Shown piece after piece: positions 37,694 through 50,114 of a stretch of 64,000 bases of DNA. Source of the DNA: Lophium mytilinum (Eukaryota); assembly GCA_010093605.1 (NCBI GenBank), contig MU004183.1, positions 1,116,001 to 1,180,000 of the forward strand, in the 5' to 3' direction. The notes under the pieces were generated by a model. The model was not told where the DNA came from. It saw only the letters and a program-made list of their open reading frames with translations, and did not search any database. Position 1 is the first letter of the stretch. Every line of letters starts with the position of its first letter. The position numbers and the translations under genes are program-made.

Positions 37694-38518
37694 ATGTTTC
37701 ATTCATGTGTTTTTCTGAGTCTGCTGCTCTCCACAGTCGTCCCGACTCTTGCGCAAACTCCGCCGGGCTTCGTTCCTTCGGTAAAGCAATCGCTGAACAT
37801 TACCTATGACACGAACAACGTTTCCCCGCCCGGCGAGTTGATTCCACGGGGTGGTAAGAACCACTGTTCGACATAGATTGCGCAGAGTGCTAATACTGCT
37901 TTCCCAGATACCGCAAACCCCCCCAGCATCTCGACTCCTGTTTACCAGAATGCCAGCAGTGGTGGTCGTTCTATAATCTTCCTAATCGACCGCGATGTTC
38001 CTCGAAATGGCAGCCGGGTCACCCTACTACACTGGCTAGTTCCCAACGTCACCGTATCCTCTGGCGGAGGCCTCACTCTAGACATTCCTGTCCCTCAAGA
38101 AGGCGAGACTGGCGGTGCGCCATACCTACAACCTTCGCCGCCGGTTGGCGACAGTCCACACACCTACACATTCCTCCTCTTCCCACAGCCGGACAACTTT
38201 ACAATTCCCAGCGAGTTCGCAAGCATCAATCCGCCCGCAGACTCGAGTGCGAGGATCGGCTTCAATATCTCATCTTTCGCCAAGGCGGCAGGTTTGATGG
38301 CGCCTCTTGCAGCAAATTACATGCAGGTTCAGAATCTTACGGGCGTCACTGGAGTCGCGACTACTTTTCCTCCAGTGGCGGCGACGAGCACGCCGACTTC
38401 GAGCGAATCGACAGCTACAGCACCTGCGACGTACACAGGCGCTGCTGCTGTTGTAGGGGATAATCTGGGCGTGGGTGTTCTAGGAGCGGCGGTTGCGGCC
38501 CTAGCGGCTCTCTTATAG
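37694..38518 (+). CDS. Secreted, likely GPI-anchored PEBP-family protein
   Basis: Signal peptide; intron 37854-37907; IDRDVP...LHWL, YLQPSPPVGDSPHTYTFLLFPQP; S/T linker and hydrophobic C-terminus. Confidence 0.88.
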
Positions 38519-39066
38519 TAACAGAGAGGGTAGTTTTGCTATGTTATCAGCGCTGAAATAGTATCTACAACTGATATAACACTCTGTCCACGTTGGAACA
38601 TATGCCCCGGCAAGGTGCTGTACTCGAAGCACTAATAGCCCTTTGGTGTCAAGTCTCGACACTTAACGCGGATGGAAACTTCAATTGAAAACGGCGGACT
38701 CTGGTTGGTGGAGGTAATCAAAAGGAAATGATGCATTGAAGACGCAATTAAAGAGTTTTGCGGCGCAACGGGAGTCAACCGGCGATATCGGAATGCGGGG
38801 CATCGTTCCAAGGTTCAATCGGGCACCTCCGGAGGGGCATTTCTGCATAAAATCTTCGCCCACACGTTTGCGCCAGTCTTTGCGCTTCGTACCAATTGCA
38901 GCTGTGACTGTTGCTTCATTCTCCATACTTTCGCCTTGGCCCTCTGCGATTACCTTCGTAGCAGCTTAATTGTACAACGTACAAGGCAAGGCTGCATCAT
39001 TCACCAACGCTAGGATCCCGTGCGACCCTCTAATATCTACCGTTACTACGCCAAAGTGCCCACAGC

Positions 39067-39101
39067 TGAGTCAGGGCTCTTTATTGCGGCGAACGTGACT
39101 C
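39067..39101. promoter_or_regulatory. TGAGTCA (Gcn4/CpcA-type) and TGACTC (Bas1-type) sites upstream of ADE12
   Basis: TGAGTCA 39067-39073 and TGACTC 39096-39101, 90-125 bp upstream of the ATG. Confidence 0.5.
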
Positions 39102-39192
39102 TGAATTGACGCACCATTAGTAGAACACTCCTTCTCCAACCTCGGACCCCATCTACGAACCCTCACCCGACTTTTCACATTGATACGCGGCC

Positions 39193-40787
39193 ATGTCCGT
39201 CACTGTCTGTCTTGGTAGCCAATTCGGCGACGAGGGCAAGGGCAAGCTGGTTGATATCCTAGCAAACAACGTAAGCCTCTGCTGTAGAGCCCAGGGAGGA
39301 AACAACGCCGGCCATACAATTGTCGCGAATGGCATTACCTACGACTTCCACATTCTGCCCAGTGGCCTCGTCAATCCAAAGTGCATCAATCTTGTGGGAA
39401 GCGGCTGTGTCGTTCACGTACCGTCTTTCTTCAAGGAGCTGGAGGCATTGGAGGTGCACGGATTGAAGACGGACAACCGCATCTTCATTAGCGACCGCGC
39501 CCACGTCGTCTTTGATCTACATCAGCTGGTGGACGGATTGGAGGAGGTTGAGTTGGCCAACTCATTCATAGGTTGGATGCCAGTTTGAGTCCTAAGACTG
39601 CCGTGATTGCGAGCACTGACGTGTGTGGGAACAGGCACAACGCGGAAAGGCATAGGTAAGCCTAGAGGTCAGGAGCGCTGGTGTACACCACGATCTGACT
39701 TTAATAGGTCCAACATACAGCACCAAGATGACGAGGAGCGGCATTCGTATTGCGGATCTTTTCGACGAAGAAGTCTTCGAGGCGAAGCTCCGACGACTAG
39801 CCTATGGCTTTCAGAAGCGCTTCGGTGATCTCTTGAAGTACAACGTAGAGGATGAGCTCTCGAAATACAAGGTAACTTTGAAGCTCCATGCACGTGCTGG
39901 AATCTAGGAAGCTTATGAAGATGACAGGAACTTCGAGAAAAGCTTGCGCCTTATGTCATCGATCAGATCCCATTGCTGAACGATGCGAAGGCAAAGAAGA
40001 GTCAGATTCTAGTCGAAGGTGCAAATGCGATCATGCTCGACATCGATTATGGGTATGCAATCTACTTCAACAATGGACGAACAGGAGACTCACATCAGTA
40101 GCACCTACCCCTTCGTCACGTCTTCTAACACTGGCCTCGGCGGTGTCCTGACGGGATTGAGCTTGGGCTGGAGGTCTATCAAAGAAGTAGTTGGGGTCAC
40201 CAAGGCAGTAAGGTCCATCCCAATAGTTATAAAAGGAACTTATGCACTGATTCACGTTTAGTATACCACTAGAGTTGGATCGTAAGTTTCGATATGTAGT
40301 AATCCCCTCGAAGCTGGACCTGATCAATTGACACAGAGGTCCGTTCCCAACCGAACAGCTGAACGAAGTTGGCGAGAAACTCCAGGGAGTTGGCAGAGAA
40401 GTCGGCGTCACCACTGGACGCAAGCGACGATGTGGCTGGCTTGACCTCGTCATCATCAAATATTCTCACGACGTGAACGACTACACGTCCCTCAATCTGA
40501 CCAAGCTCGATGTTCTGGATGATTTCGAGGAGCTCAAGGTCGCCACTGGGTATTCATATCAAGGGCAGAAGCTTGAGTCCTTCCCAGCCAACCCGGAATT
40601 GTTGGCCAAAGTCGACGTCACCTACGAGACTCTTCCGGGCTGGAAGAAGCCAACGACCGGCGCGAAGACCTTCTACGATCTTCCTCTCAATGCTAGGAAA
40701 TACGTTGAGTTCATTGAGAAGACTGTTGGAGTTCACATCAAGTGGATTGGTGTCGGGCCGAACCGCGAGCATATGATCGTCAGGTGA
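39193..40787 (+). CDS. ADE12: Adenylosuccinate synthetase, 7 exons
   Basis: [66 protein letters not shown]. Confidence 0.97.
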
Positions 40788-41080
40788 GAACGGGGCTTGG
40801 ACAGAGAAGTACGAGGTAAGTCGTTTCATGCTCTCTACTGATTTTGGGGTTTGCTTTCCATCTGACCGTTAAGCTTGAGGGGCAATAAAACTGTTTGCAT
40901 ATTTTAGGAGTGCAAATAGATAGATCGTAATTCTCTAAATAGATAGTCTATGTCTATAAATGGGATATCTAAGTATGCCAACGTGATGGACTCAAAGCTT
41001 GATGTATTTTGATTCAGCCGATATGGTGGACCGAAAATCTAAGTCCCTAAGAAACTGAGGCCACACATGCTTCTCTGCAC

Positions 41081-41692
41081 TCATGAGGAACCAAAAGTCT
41101 TCACTCTCTCCGCATCCGGTAGGAACGGCTTCTCGTTGGCAGATCCCTCTGGGTGGCCGAAGACCAATTCGGCCTTCAGGGCGTAGGTCTCGGGCAGTTC
41201 GTACTTCTTGGCGACGACAGGTCCAGTGAGGTTTCCGTAATGCTGCAGATTGGCGCCATAGCCCTCGAGCTCGAGCGCAGTCCACGCGTAAATCTGCGCC
41301 ATGCCGCTTCCATGCTCTGACCACTGAGGGAAGCGGTCCGCATATAGGGCGACATTCTCCTGCATGCCCTTGATGACCTTCTCGTCCTCAAAGAACAAGA
41401 CGGTTCCGGCACCGGCGCCGAACATCTTGGTGCGCTCGACGCCCTTGGCGAGTGTCTCCTCGTCCGGAACGACCTTCTTGAGCTCGGCCGGGACGATGTC
41501 GTTCCAGTAGGCGTCGTGCTCGGCGCCGAAGAGGATGACGACGCGCGAGCTCATCATGTTGAAGGAGCTGGGCGCGTGCTTGACGGCTTCTTGGATGACG
41601 GTGGCCAATTTGGCGTCTGGGAGGATCGCCTTCTTGGAGAGAGGGTAGATGGACCGTCTGGCCGCGATGGCGGAAATGAAGGCGGAAGACAT
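41081..41692 (-). CDS. Nitroreductase, Frm2/Hbn1-like, intronless
   Basis: RRSIYPL, HAPSSFN, GAGTVLFFED, WTALELEGYGANLQHY, ELVFG. Confidence 0.92.
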   Translation of the reverse strand: MSSAFISAIAARRSIYPLSKKAILPDAKLATVIQEAVKHAPSSFNMMSSRVVILFGAEHDAYWNDIVPAELKKVVPDEETLAKGVERTKMFGAGAGTVLFFEDEKVIKGMQENVALYADRFPQWSEHGSGMAQIYAWTALELEGYGANLQHYGNLTGPVVAKKYELPETYALKAELVFGHPEGSANEKPFLPDAERVKTFGSS

Positions 41693-42862
41693 GACTGTAA
41701 GATATTGGAAACAAAGACTTTTTGACTGTGTGTAAATGTGAAGTGGGGAGATTTAGGTATATATTAGGTTCCTTTTAGAGCATTTGTGGGAAGCCGGAAC
41801 TGAACCGCCTTTCTTACAAAGATATTTATAAGATAAGAGCAATCGAATCTCAAACGGGACGGGCCGACTGACTCGGGGTGGGTCTGAGCTAGCCAACAGC
41901 TAGAGGGTTAGACACAGAGCGGGTCTTCTGTGCAGGAGAAGGATTGTCCGTCGATACGTGTGAAGAGTGCGGCAAGTCGGATCGGAAGACGCGGGATACC
42001 ACTTCATGCTCCCGAGACGTTGACTAGCTAGTTTAAGTCCGCAGCAAGCTTAGATTAATTTGTCCATAAAGGCTTGCCTCCTTGGAGTAAGTGAGTTTCG
42101 TCGAAAAGGGCATCGGAACGCATTATGCACTGCTTAGGCCAAGCAACCTATACAAAATTGCACCATTTGTTCTCTTGAACGGCCGTAGTGTTGAGGTGGT
42201 CTGAGCATTGAGGCGGGTGTGGGGTAAAGTAGCATGAGGTAATCATGGTTGTTAGACAAGTTAGCCTGAAAATAGTGCACAGCCACATACTAACTACTTC
42301 TACTTTCTCCTTCCGACGAGTTCTGGAGGTGCTATCATGAACATGGTCACCAGGTTGTGTCTCTAAAAGCTTTCAGTAGGTCCAATAGCTAGTTTGCCCT
42401 CTTCAGAATCGCCCTCAAGAATTAGACAGTGAAAGATTTGCCAAATATATAGACCTTTGGAATAGCTCTCTCGCCATGCATCTTGGTACAGATAGAAAAT
42501 GAAGATATCGTGAAGAGGGACTGCAACCTTCTAAGTCTGCACCCTGCAATGCTCACTTCAGACACAATGCAATCGCTAATGTATATGCACTAAACCAGCA
42601 CTGCTTGGGTCGCTTCAATGCGCGCCCCTTAGGGTTACTGAACACTACTTGGTTGAGTAGCGTGTTCAAAAAGAAGGGCGATGACTAGAAGTCTCGGCAC
42701 TGCCTACATTTGGCAGTGAGGTGATAGATCCTGACAACTCCATTGGAAATCCCGAGAACTCGTAAATGAGAGCAAATGAACATAAGGCGAGGCGCTGGAA
42801 GCATTCAAACGTGATACTAAGAGTGGCACCGATTTGAAGAGAGAATTCAAGAGACACATCGG

Positions 42863-43491
42863 TTACAGGAACACCCAAGGGTCCGCTCGTAATGTTATCA
42901 AGCCCGGTAAGAAGTCATGTATCACTGTACAGAAGACATCATGATTCGCTGGCTGTTGTCCTTGCCGGTCCGCAAGCATGGTCAGTCGGACTTGACGGAC
43001 TAAGCTCTTGGCATTCGGACTCAACCGACGGATGAAGTCCAATACAGGAAGGTAATTGAAGCCGATGAAATGGAATTGGTGCTCGGAATACAACACGGAC
43101 AAGGCCTCATGGTAGATCATTCGATTAGTTCGGAGAATTGCTAATGCCATCTTATCTGGGTGGGGACTCGGCCTACGATTCCATTTCGCGCTCGCGGCGG
43201 TAGAATCGCAGTCTGCGTAAAGGCGAAAACTCTGGGGAGAACTTGGGACGATATACCGGAAAATCTCATGGCGAATCTCCACTGGAAGTCGCAAGAAAGG
43301 TGGGCATTTGTCCAAGGTCGTGGCCGGCACCGAGCCTGGATTTGTTGGCCCTGGCTGCTTCTTCACAGGGTCTGAAACACCTGTGACTTCTTCCTCATGG
43401 TTTGATAGATGCTACAGTTGCACTGGTTAGTCCTGTGATCTTTTGAAGCTGACCAACTATGTAGGGAACCCACTTTTCTTGAAAACCCCAT
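42863..43491 (-). CDS. Hypothetical protein with F-box-like 'FLRLPVEIRHEIF' motif, 2 exons
   Basis: MGFSRK|HLSNHEE... (intron 43412-43473), then FLRLPVEIR and LRTNRMIYHEALSVLYS motifs. Confidence 0.75.
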
Positions 43492-43966
43492 GATGATAGC
43501 TGAAATGAGAAAGAATCTGGTAAAGAAACGCTATGCCGTTTGCTGGACTTCTACTCTGAGGCTGCCAGCGAAAGGAACCTTGATGCTGCAGTCATGTGCA
43601 CCAAGAGACGAGAATAGAGTGCAGGGAAATTTTGACGTTTATCATTAGAAGCGCACGTGCAAGATGAAAGTAGCGAAACGATAGCACAATACTGCCATGT
43701 AGATAGATGTTGCAGCGACGTTGCCTGACAGGAAGATGCTGCAAGGAGACTCACCTGCGGCCTTGGAGGAGAGGAAGTTAGCGGCTTGGCATCGGGCCGG
43801 TGAAACCTGCTCCGACGTGAAGGAAAACGCGTCGGATATTTTTGGTGGTGACATAGCTTGCTCATTTCCCCCACTTCGCCCTCACTGAATCCAGATCCTG
43901 CCTAGGAGACACAGAGTCGTACCAGAAGACCAGGTTTCAAGCTCTTCCACTGCAGGCGTCTTCAGA

Positions 43967-45869
43967 ATGTCGTTCGGAGGCCAAACACCCACAATCATAG
44001 TGTTGAAGGAGGGTTAGTTTTCGCTCTGCGCTGCCTAGTTACTAAACATCACCCGATGCTAACAGCTTTACAGGGACCGATCAGACTCAAGGGAGGGGAC
44101 AAATAATTTCAAATATTAACGCTTGCCTTGCCGTGCAGTCAACAATCAAAAGCACGCTGGGACCATATGGCGGGGATCTGCTTCTAGTCGATGAGAATGG
44201 CAAGCAAACTATTACGAATGATGGCGCCACTGTAATGAAGGCAAGCATTATGATTATCTTTGTGTTTTTAGCTTGACTTCTAACATAGTCCACAGCTTCT
44301 TGACATCGTCCACCCCGCTGCTCGAATCCTCACAGACATCGCCCGTTCCCAAGATGCAGAAGTCGGAGACGGCACAACATCGGTCGTGGTATTAGCCGGA
44401 GAGATCTTGAAAGAGATAAAAGAGTTCGTCGAGCAGGGTGTCAGCAGCCAGACAATCATCAAGGGCTTAAGACGAGCTTCGCACATGGCTGTCAACAAAA
44501 TCAAGGAAATTGCTGTGGACACAGCGGAGTCCAACCAGAGAGAGACCCTTCAGAAGCTCGCTGCGACGGCTATGAGCAGCAAGCTGATCAACAGGAACTC
44601 CGGCTTTTTTACGAAAAGTAAGTGAATCTACTGATCCCCATAAACCGATCAGATTGCTAATGTGTGTGCGCCTAAAACAGTGGTGGTAGACGCTGTACTA
44701 TCTCTTGACCAAGACGACCTGAACGAAAAACTCATCGGCATCAAGAAGATCACTGGCGGTGCGCTACAGGACTCGCTGTTCGTGAATGGTGTGGCTTTCA
44801 AGAAGACCTTCTCCTATGCCGGATTCGAGCAGCAACCGAAGTCGTTCAAGGACCCGAAGATCGTATGTCTCAACGTGGAGCTAGAGCTCAAGAGTGAGAA
44901 GGACAACGCGGAAGTCCGGGTGGAACAAGTTTCAGAATACCAGGCTATCGTGGATGCAGAGTGGCAGATCATCTTCAACAAGATGGAGGCTCTTTACAAG
45001 ACTGGTGCAAAGGTCGTTCTCAGCAAGCTACCAATCGGCGATCTCGCGACGCAATACTTCGCCGATCGGGATGTGTTCTGCGCTGGACGTGTCGCTTCCG
45101 ACGATCTTGAGCGGGTTTGTCAAGCAACAGGAGCCAGCATTCAATCAACTTGCTCAGATATCCAGGCCAAACACCTCGGTACCTGTGAGCGTTTCGAGGA
45201 ACGCCAGATTGGTGGTGAGCGCTTCAACTTCTTCGAAGGATGCCCTGCCGCAAAGACCTGTACACTAGTACTGCGTGGCGGCGCAGAGCAGTTCATTGCA
45301 GAGGTTGAACGTAGTCTGCACGATGCTATCATGATAGTCAAGCGTGCGATCAAGAATAAGAACATTGTCGCCGGCGGTGGCGCCTGTGAGATGGAGATCT
45401 CGTTCTACCTACATCAATTTGCGAACGTCAACATTCCACACAAGCAGCAGGCTATCATCAAAGCATTTGCGAAGGCGCTCGAGGTGATCCCGCGACAGCT
45501 ATGCGACAACGCAGGATTTGATGCTACGGATATCCTCAACAAGCTCCGTTTCGCACACAAGCAACATAACACGTGGGCCGGTGTCGACTTCGTCCACGAG
45601 GGCGTGGCCAACAACATGGAGCAGTTCGTCTGGGAACCTAGTCTGGTAAAGGTCAATGCCATCCAGGCTGCGACTGAAGCGGCTTGCCTGATCTTGAGCG
45701 TTGATGAGACGATAAGTTCGTATAGCCCACTCGAGTCTATATTCTTCGTGCTAACACAGTTTTAGAAAACCAAGAGTCACAACAACCGCAAGCGCCACAG
45801 AGAGGTCTTCCACCAGGGGCGGCCCAGCGGGCTATAAGAGGTCGTGGTCGTGGCATGCCTCGGAGGTAA
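43967..45869 (+). CDS. CCT7: Chaperonin TRiC/CCT subunit eta
   Basis: [63 protein letters not shown] tail; 4 introns, one GC-AG. Confidence 0.97.
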
Positions 45870-46205
45870 AATGCGCATCTACGACGACGGATCGGCTGGG
45901 ATGGAGAAAGCATGCTGTATAGCACGTTGTAGATATACCAGGTACACATCTGCTCTGGTCGTATACTCTGCATTGGTCTGGGTAACCTAGAACTCATCCG
46001 GGCGGGCGACCATCGCACACCGCCCGTATGTAATAGCCTTTGCGCCGCCCATCAGTGGTTATAGTCGAGATAACCCATAGATCCGCGACTAGCAAGTCCT
46101 GAATTAAAAAAAATGTGAACGACTTCAGATTTCTCGCAGTGGAGCACTTTCAGTTGTCTATCATGGAGGCTGCCCGTGTCTACCTGGAGTGAATACTTAT
46201 CCTAT

Positions 46206-47832
46206 TTACATGCCCATCCCGTAGCTCTTGACTCGACTGAAATGATAGGGCCGGTAATGCTTCAGTCCAAACTCCGCCCAATCGTCCGTCAATCTATTGT
46301 AACTCCAGTATCCTTTCCATGCTAGTTTGTTATTCCGCGCCGCCCGCCCAGCACTCCCAAGCAAGAGCGCCATCTTGTAAATGTACTTTGGAGTCACGCC
46401 AGCCGTCTCTATGTGCAGAGTACCCTCGGCCTCGGAGTTGACTTGCTCTTCGACAACCTCCACTCCACTGGTACCAGAGCTTGGCTTTGATGGCACCGCT
46501 GGACCTGAAAGCCGCCAACGACCCGCAAGAGCATCCTTCATGACGGTACTGGGGAGGTTTCCAGAGTGGTGAGTGTGCATATGCTCTTGCAGCAGGTACG
46601 GTATGACATCGGCTGGCTCGGCGACTGTGAGAAGCGACACACAAGTGCCGTCGCGGAAGAATCGGAGATAACGGTAGTAAGTCACGATGTGGATTGGCGA
46701 GTGCCATGATATGCTGCTCGGCGAAGAGGCACCAGGTCTCTGGTAGTTTACCGTGGAGATATAGCAGCCGTTGAATCGTATGCGAGGGCGCGACCGGAAA
46801 AGGGCGCGGTAGCTGGGGTAGACGTGGGGGACGAGGAGAGTGGTGATGAGAGATGGTACCGGTTCATGGGTATCGATCTCAGGGGGGTCCAGGGTCTGCC
46901 CACCTTCGTCGTCGTCACCAAGTGGCTTGCCGTTCACCTTGCAGTTCCAGTCGTAGTGCATTGCTCCGAAGCCGACTTCGGAACCTATGGACACACGTCT
47001 CCAGACACGCTCTTCAGTGAGGACGAGGTACGCTAGCCGCTTGCAAGTCTGAGCTAGACGGACAAAGGAGGCGATGTCCTGGATTGCGAGCTCGAGAAGA
47101 ATCTCCACGAGAATTTCCTCGGGTAGGGTGGAAATAGGGCAGGGTGGCGCGGGGGATAGATCAGTAGGAGGTTCTTCGCCTGGAACAGAGAGGGAAGAGA
47201 AGTCCTGGATGAGGCTGGACAGAGAAGCGGAGAGGCCATCTAATGAGTGATGGGCGGTGTTCGGCATAGTCACCGGAGCATTTGAAGGATTGGGGTCCTG
47301 CGGCTTGGTCTTGGGGGGCTGGAAGGAGGAGGGTGGGAAGTGCTTGTTCTTGTATGCCTCATGGACGCGAGAGTCAAGCTGCATATGTCTCTCAGCATGG
47401 GTCACACTCTCAAAGAGGGCCAGTAGTTACCCTGAAGGCTTTGCGGTACAAGTCCACACTATCTCCCAAACTGCCCTGGCTCTCCTTCTCGACAGCTTGC
47501 TCGTAATGCTCCAGTGCCGACCGCGGTGCACTGTGGGCCGTACTTGCAGTGGATGACGAAGGGGAGTCTGCCAGTCGGCTTCCTGGCTCCCTATCTCCAA
47601 GGCCATGGTACGTCCGGGGCTCCCACTCGTCGTCCACTTCCCCTGATACATCTTGGGATTTGGCCGTGTGAGGTTCCGTCACAGGGCCTTTCCGTGCTGC
47701 TGAACGGCTACTAGATAGTTGCGTGGAGCCAAGAGCGGGCCTTGAGGTTGTCTTTGACGCTTGAGCTCGCGCTGAGACTTCTTCGCGCCATTGCCGGCGG
47801 AAGCTCTCGAGCTCGGCTTCGGTTTGGCTCAT
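46206..47832 (-). CDS. HRT3: F-box protein Hrt3/Pof7-like
   Basis: ELESFRRQWREEV, ALEHYEQAVEKESQGSLGDS, F-box LPEEILVEIL, RPRIRFNGCYIS, VTYYRYLRFFRDG; intron 47379-47430. Confidence 0.9.
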
Positions 47833-48335
47833 GGGGAGCGATATACGTTAAAGAGGTACTACTAGGAGCGGACGAGGGACTAGAGAGAGGAGAGCAAACA
47901 CTGAAAGACTCGTAGAAAAGGGTGAAGCTATTTACAAAGCGTCTCAGGACGGAGACTGCCGGGGTAGAGTATTACTCACGCAAACGCTTCCTGTATGCAG
48001 GCGGATGTGCAGGAGGGATACATCATGTAGGTTGGAGTCAGCGCCGCCACCAGCCGTACAGCCGTATGCATGAGAGCTCCCAGGTCGTTGGAATGGGGGG
48101 CTGCGATTCGCTCGGCTTTTGTTGCTTTGTCTCCGAGACTAAAAAAATGAGCGACCTCGGGAGCTAGTTCTGCCCGTCATAGAGATCAAACCGCACACCG
48201 CACACCGCAACAGTCACACATCGCGACCACCACCACCAAGTATGCCACCAGCGCCCTCAAATTCTCCCAGTGACTCCGCCGGCCTGAAGATCTACACGAG
48301 GTAGCCCTCTGCGCGCAATCGACGCGCTGCACGCC

Positions 48336-49781
48336 ATGTCCACCGCCGCCGCCGACGATGCCGGCGATCTGGGCATCTCGCTGGCCCAGAAGATGCTGTC
48401 CGCCGTTACAGGCAGCGTCTTGACCTCGCTTCTAGGTGCGTTGCTTCTCTTCCTTTTCCTTCTTCTCCTGCCTTTGTCCGTGATCCCCCAACTTGGCTTC
48501 TTCCCGTCCGCCTCACCTCGAACGCTATTTCACGGGACCTCTTCTCCGCGGAGGCAAAAGAGCTTCGCGGCTCAACCTATACCAAAATATGCAGGCTCTC
48601 TACTGACTGAACTTTAAGTGACGCCTCTCGATGTCGTCCGCGTCCGCCTGCAGTCCCAACCCCACACACCGTCGACTCAATTGCGCCCTTTGAACTCGGC
48701 ACTTCCCTTGACCCAGTTTCGCGATCTGCCACCCAGCCTCGGAATATCACAATGCTGTCGGGAGGTTTTCTGGATCAACAATAACGCCCAATACTGTGTG
48801 GCTGGACCTACCGTCGCGCCGATAAATCCAGCGAGTCTCTCTTGTGCCGTCGAAGAGACGGAGCGCACTACCATCAACAGCACATTAGATGGCCTCCGTA
48901 AAATTGCGCGGAATGAGGGGGCTAGGACTCTATGGCGAGGCCTTTCACCTACTCTAGCCATGGCAGTGCCCGCAAATGTCATCTACTTCGCTGGGTACGA
49001 CTGGCTGCGCACAGCACCCAAATCGCCTTTCAAGAATATAGTGCCGGATGCATATGTACCTCTTGCTGCTGGGGGGACTGCTCGTATAATGGCAGCAGTA
49101 GTTGTTGGTCCAATTGAAATCTTCAAGACGAGAATGCAGGCAGCCCACCATACCACCACCCCTGCTGGCCACTTCCGGGAGACACTGGACGGACTACGGG
49201 AAATGGTTGCGGCCCAGGGGGTTCGTAGCCTGTGGCGAGGATTGACCCTGACGCTGTGGAGAGACGTTCCATTCTCAGCAATCTACTGGTGGGGTTATGA
49301 GACCGGGCGAAACACGTTGACGGATGCTCGCGGGAGGGCAGAGGCAAGGAAGGACGGTGTCGAGTTCGCGAGAGGAGCCGGCGTAGAAAAGGTCAGGCGG
49401 AGGAGCCGTTCGAGGAGCCACGAGAACCACACCGCGACCCTAGTGGATAGTTTTGTCGCTGGAGCCACTTCAGGTGCCGTAGCTGCATTTGTTACTACGC
49501 CTTTCGACGTGGGAAAGACTAGGCAGCAGGTCATGCGGCATGCAGGAGACACATCAGGCCAGGTCATCGATGGCATTGTCCGTCCTGAAGATAGATCGAT
49601 GCCACGCTTCTTACTACACATATTCAAAGAGCAAGGAATGTCTGGCCTGTTTAGAGGATGGGCGGCTCGGTGCTTGAAAGTTGCACCGGCATGTGCGATT
49701 ATGATCAGCAGCTACGAGATCGGAAAGAAGATGGCCAACGACATAAACGATCGTAGAAGCCAGAAACGATTGGGAGGCTAG
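48336..49781 (+). CDS. MTM1: Mitochondrial carrier, Mtm1/SLC25A39-40 family
   Basis: KMLSAVTGSVLTSLL|VTPLDVVRVRLQ, LWRGLSPTL, RDVPFSAIYW, TTPFDVGKT, KVAPACAIMISSYE; intron 48436-48618. Confidence 0.9.
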
Positions 49782-50114
49782 CTAACGCGCATCTCTACGG
49801 TTCGGTTTATTTGGCGATGCTGATCATGATACTTCAAGGTCATGATCTGGCACTGCGCTCTGCCCGTTGCTTGGGTGTATATATGTTTTAGGACGCTCTT
49901 CACGCTAAGAATGCCCTGTCTGTGTAAGATATTGTGTTTTTCGGGTTCTGGAGTTTGGATGCACTCGTACTCTTTTAGCATTGGCATGGCGTTATGGACG
50001 TAAAAGAGTGCGTTGATACCAGCGCGTTCACTTTTAAGACCGCACATGTAATGTATTTGTACGATCAAATCACAAAAAGAAACTTGAATTCATCCACGTT
50101 TCGCCGTGAACATA

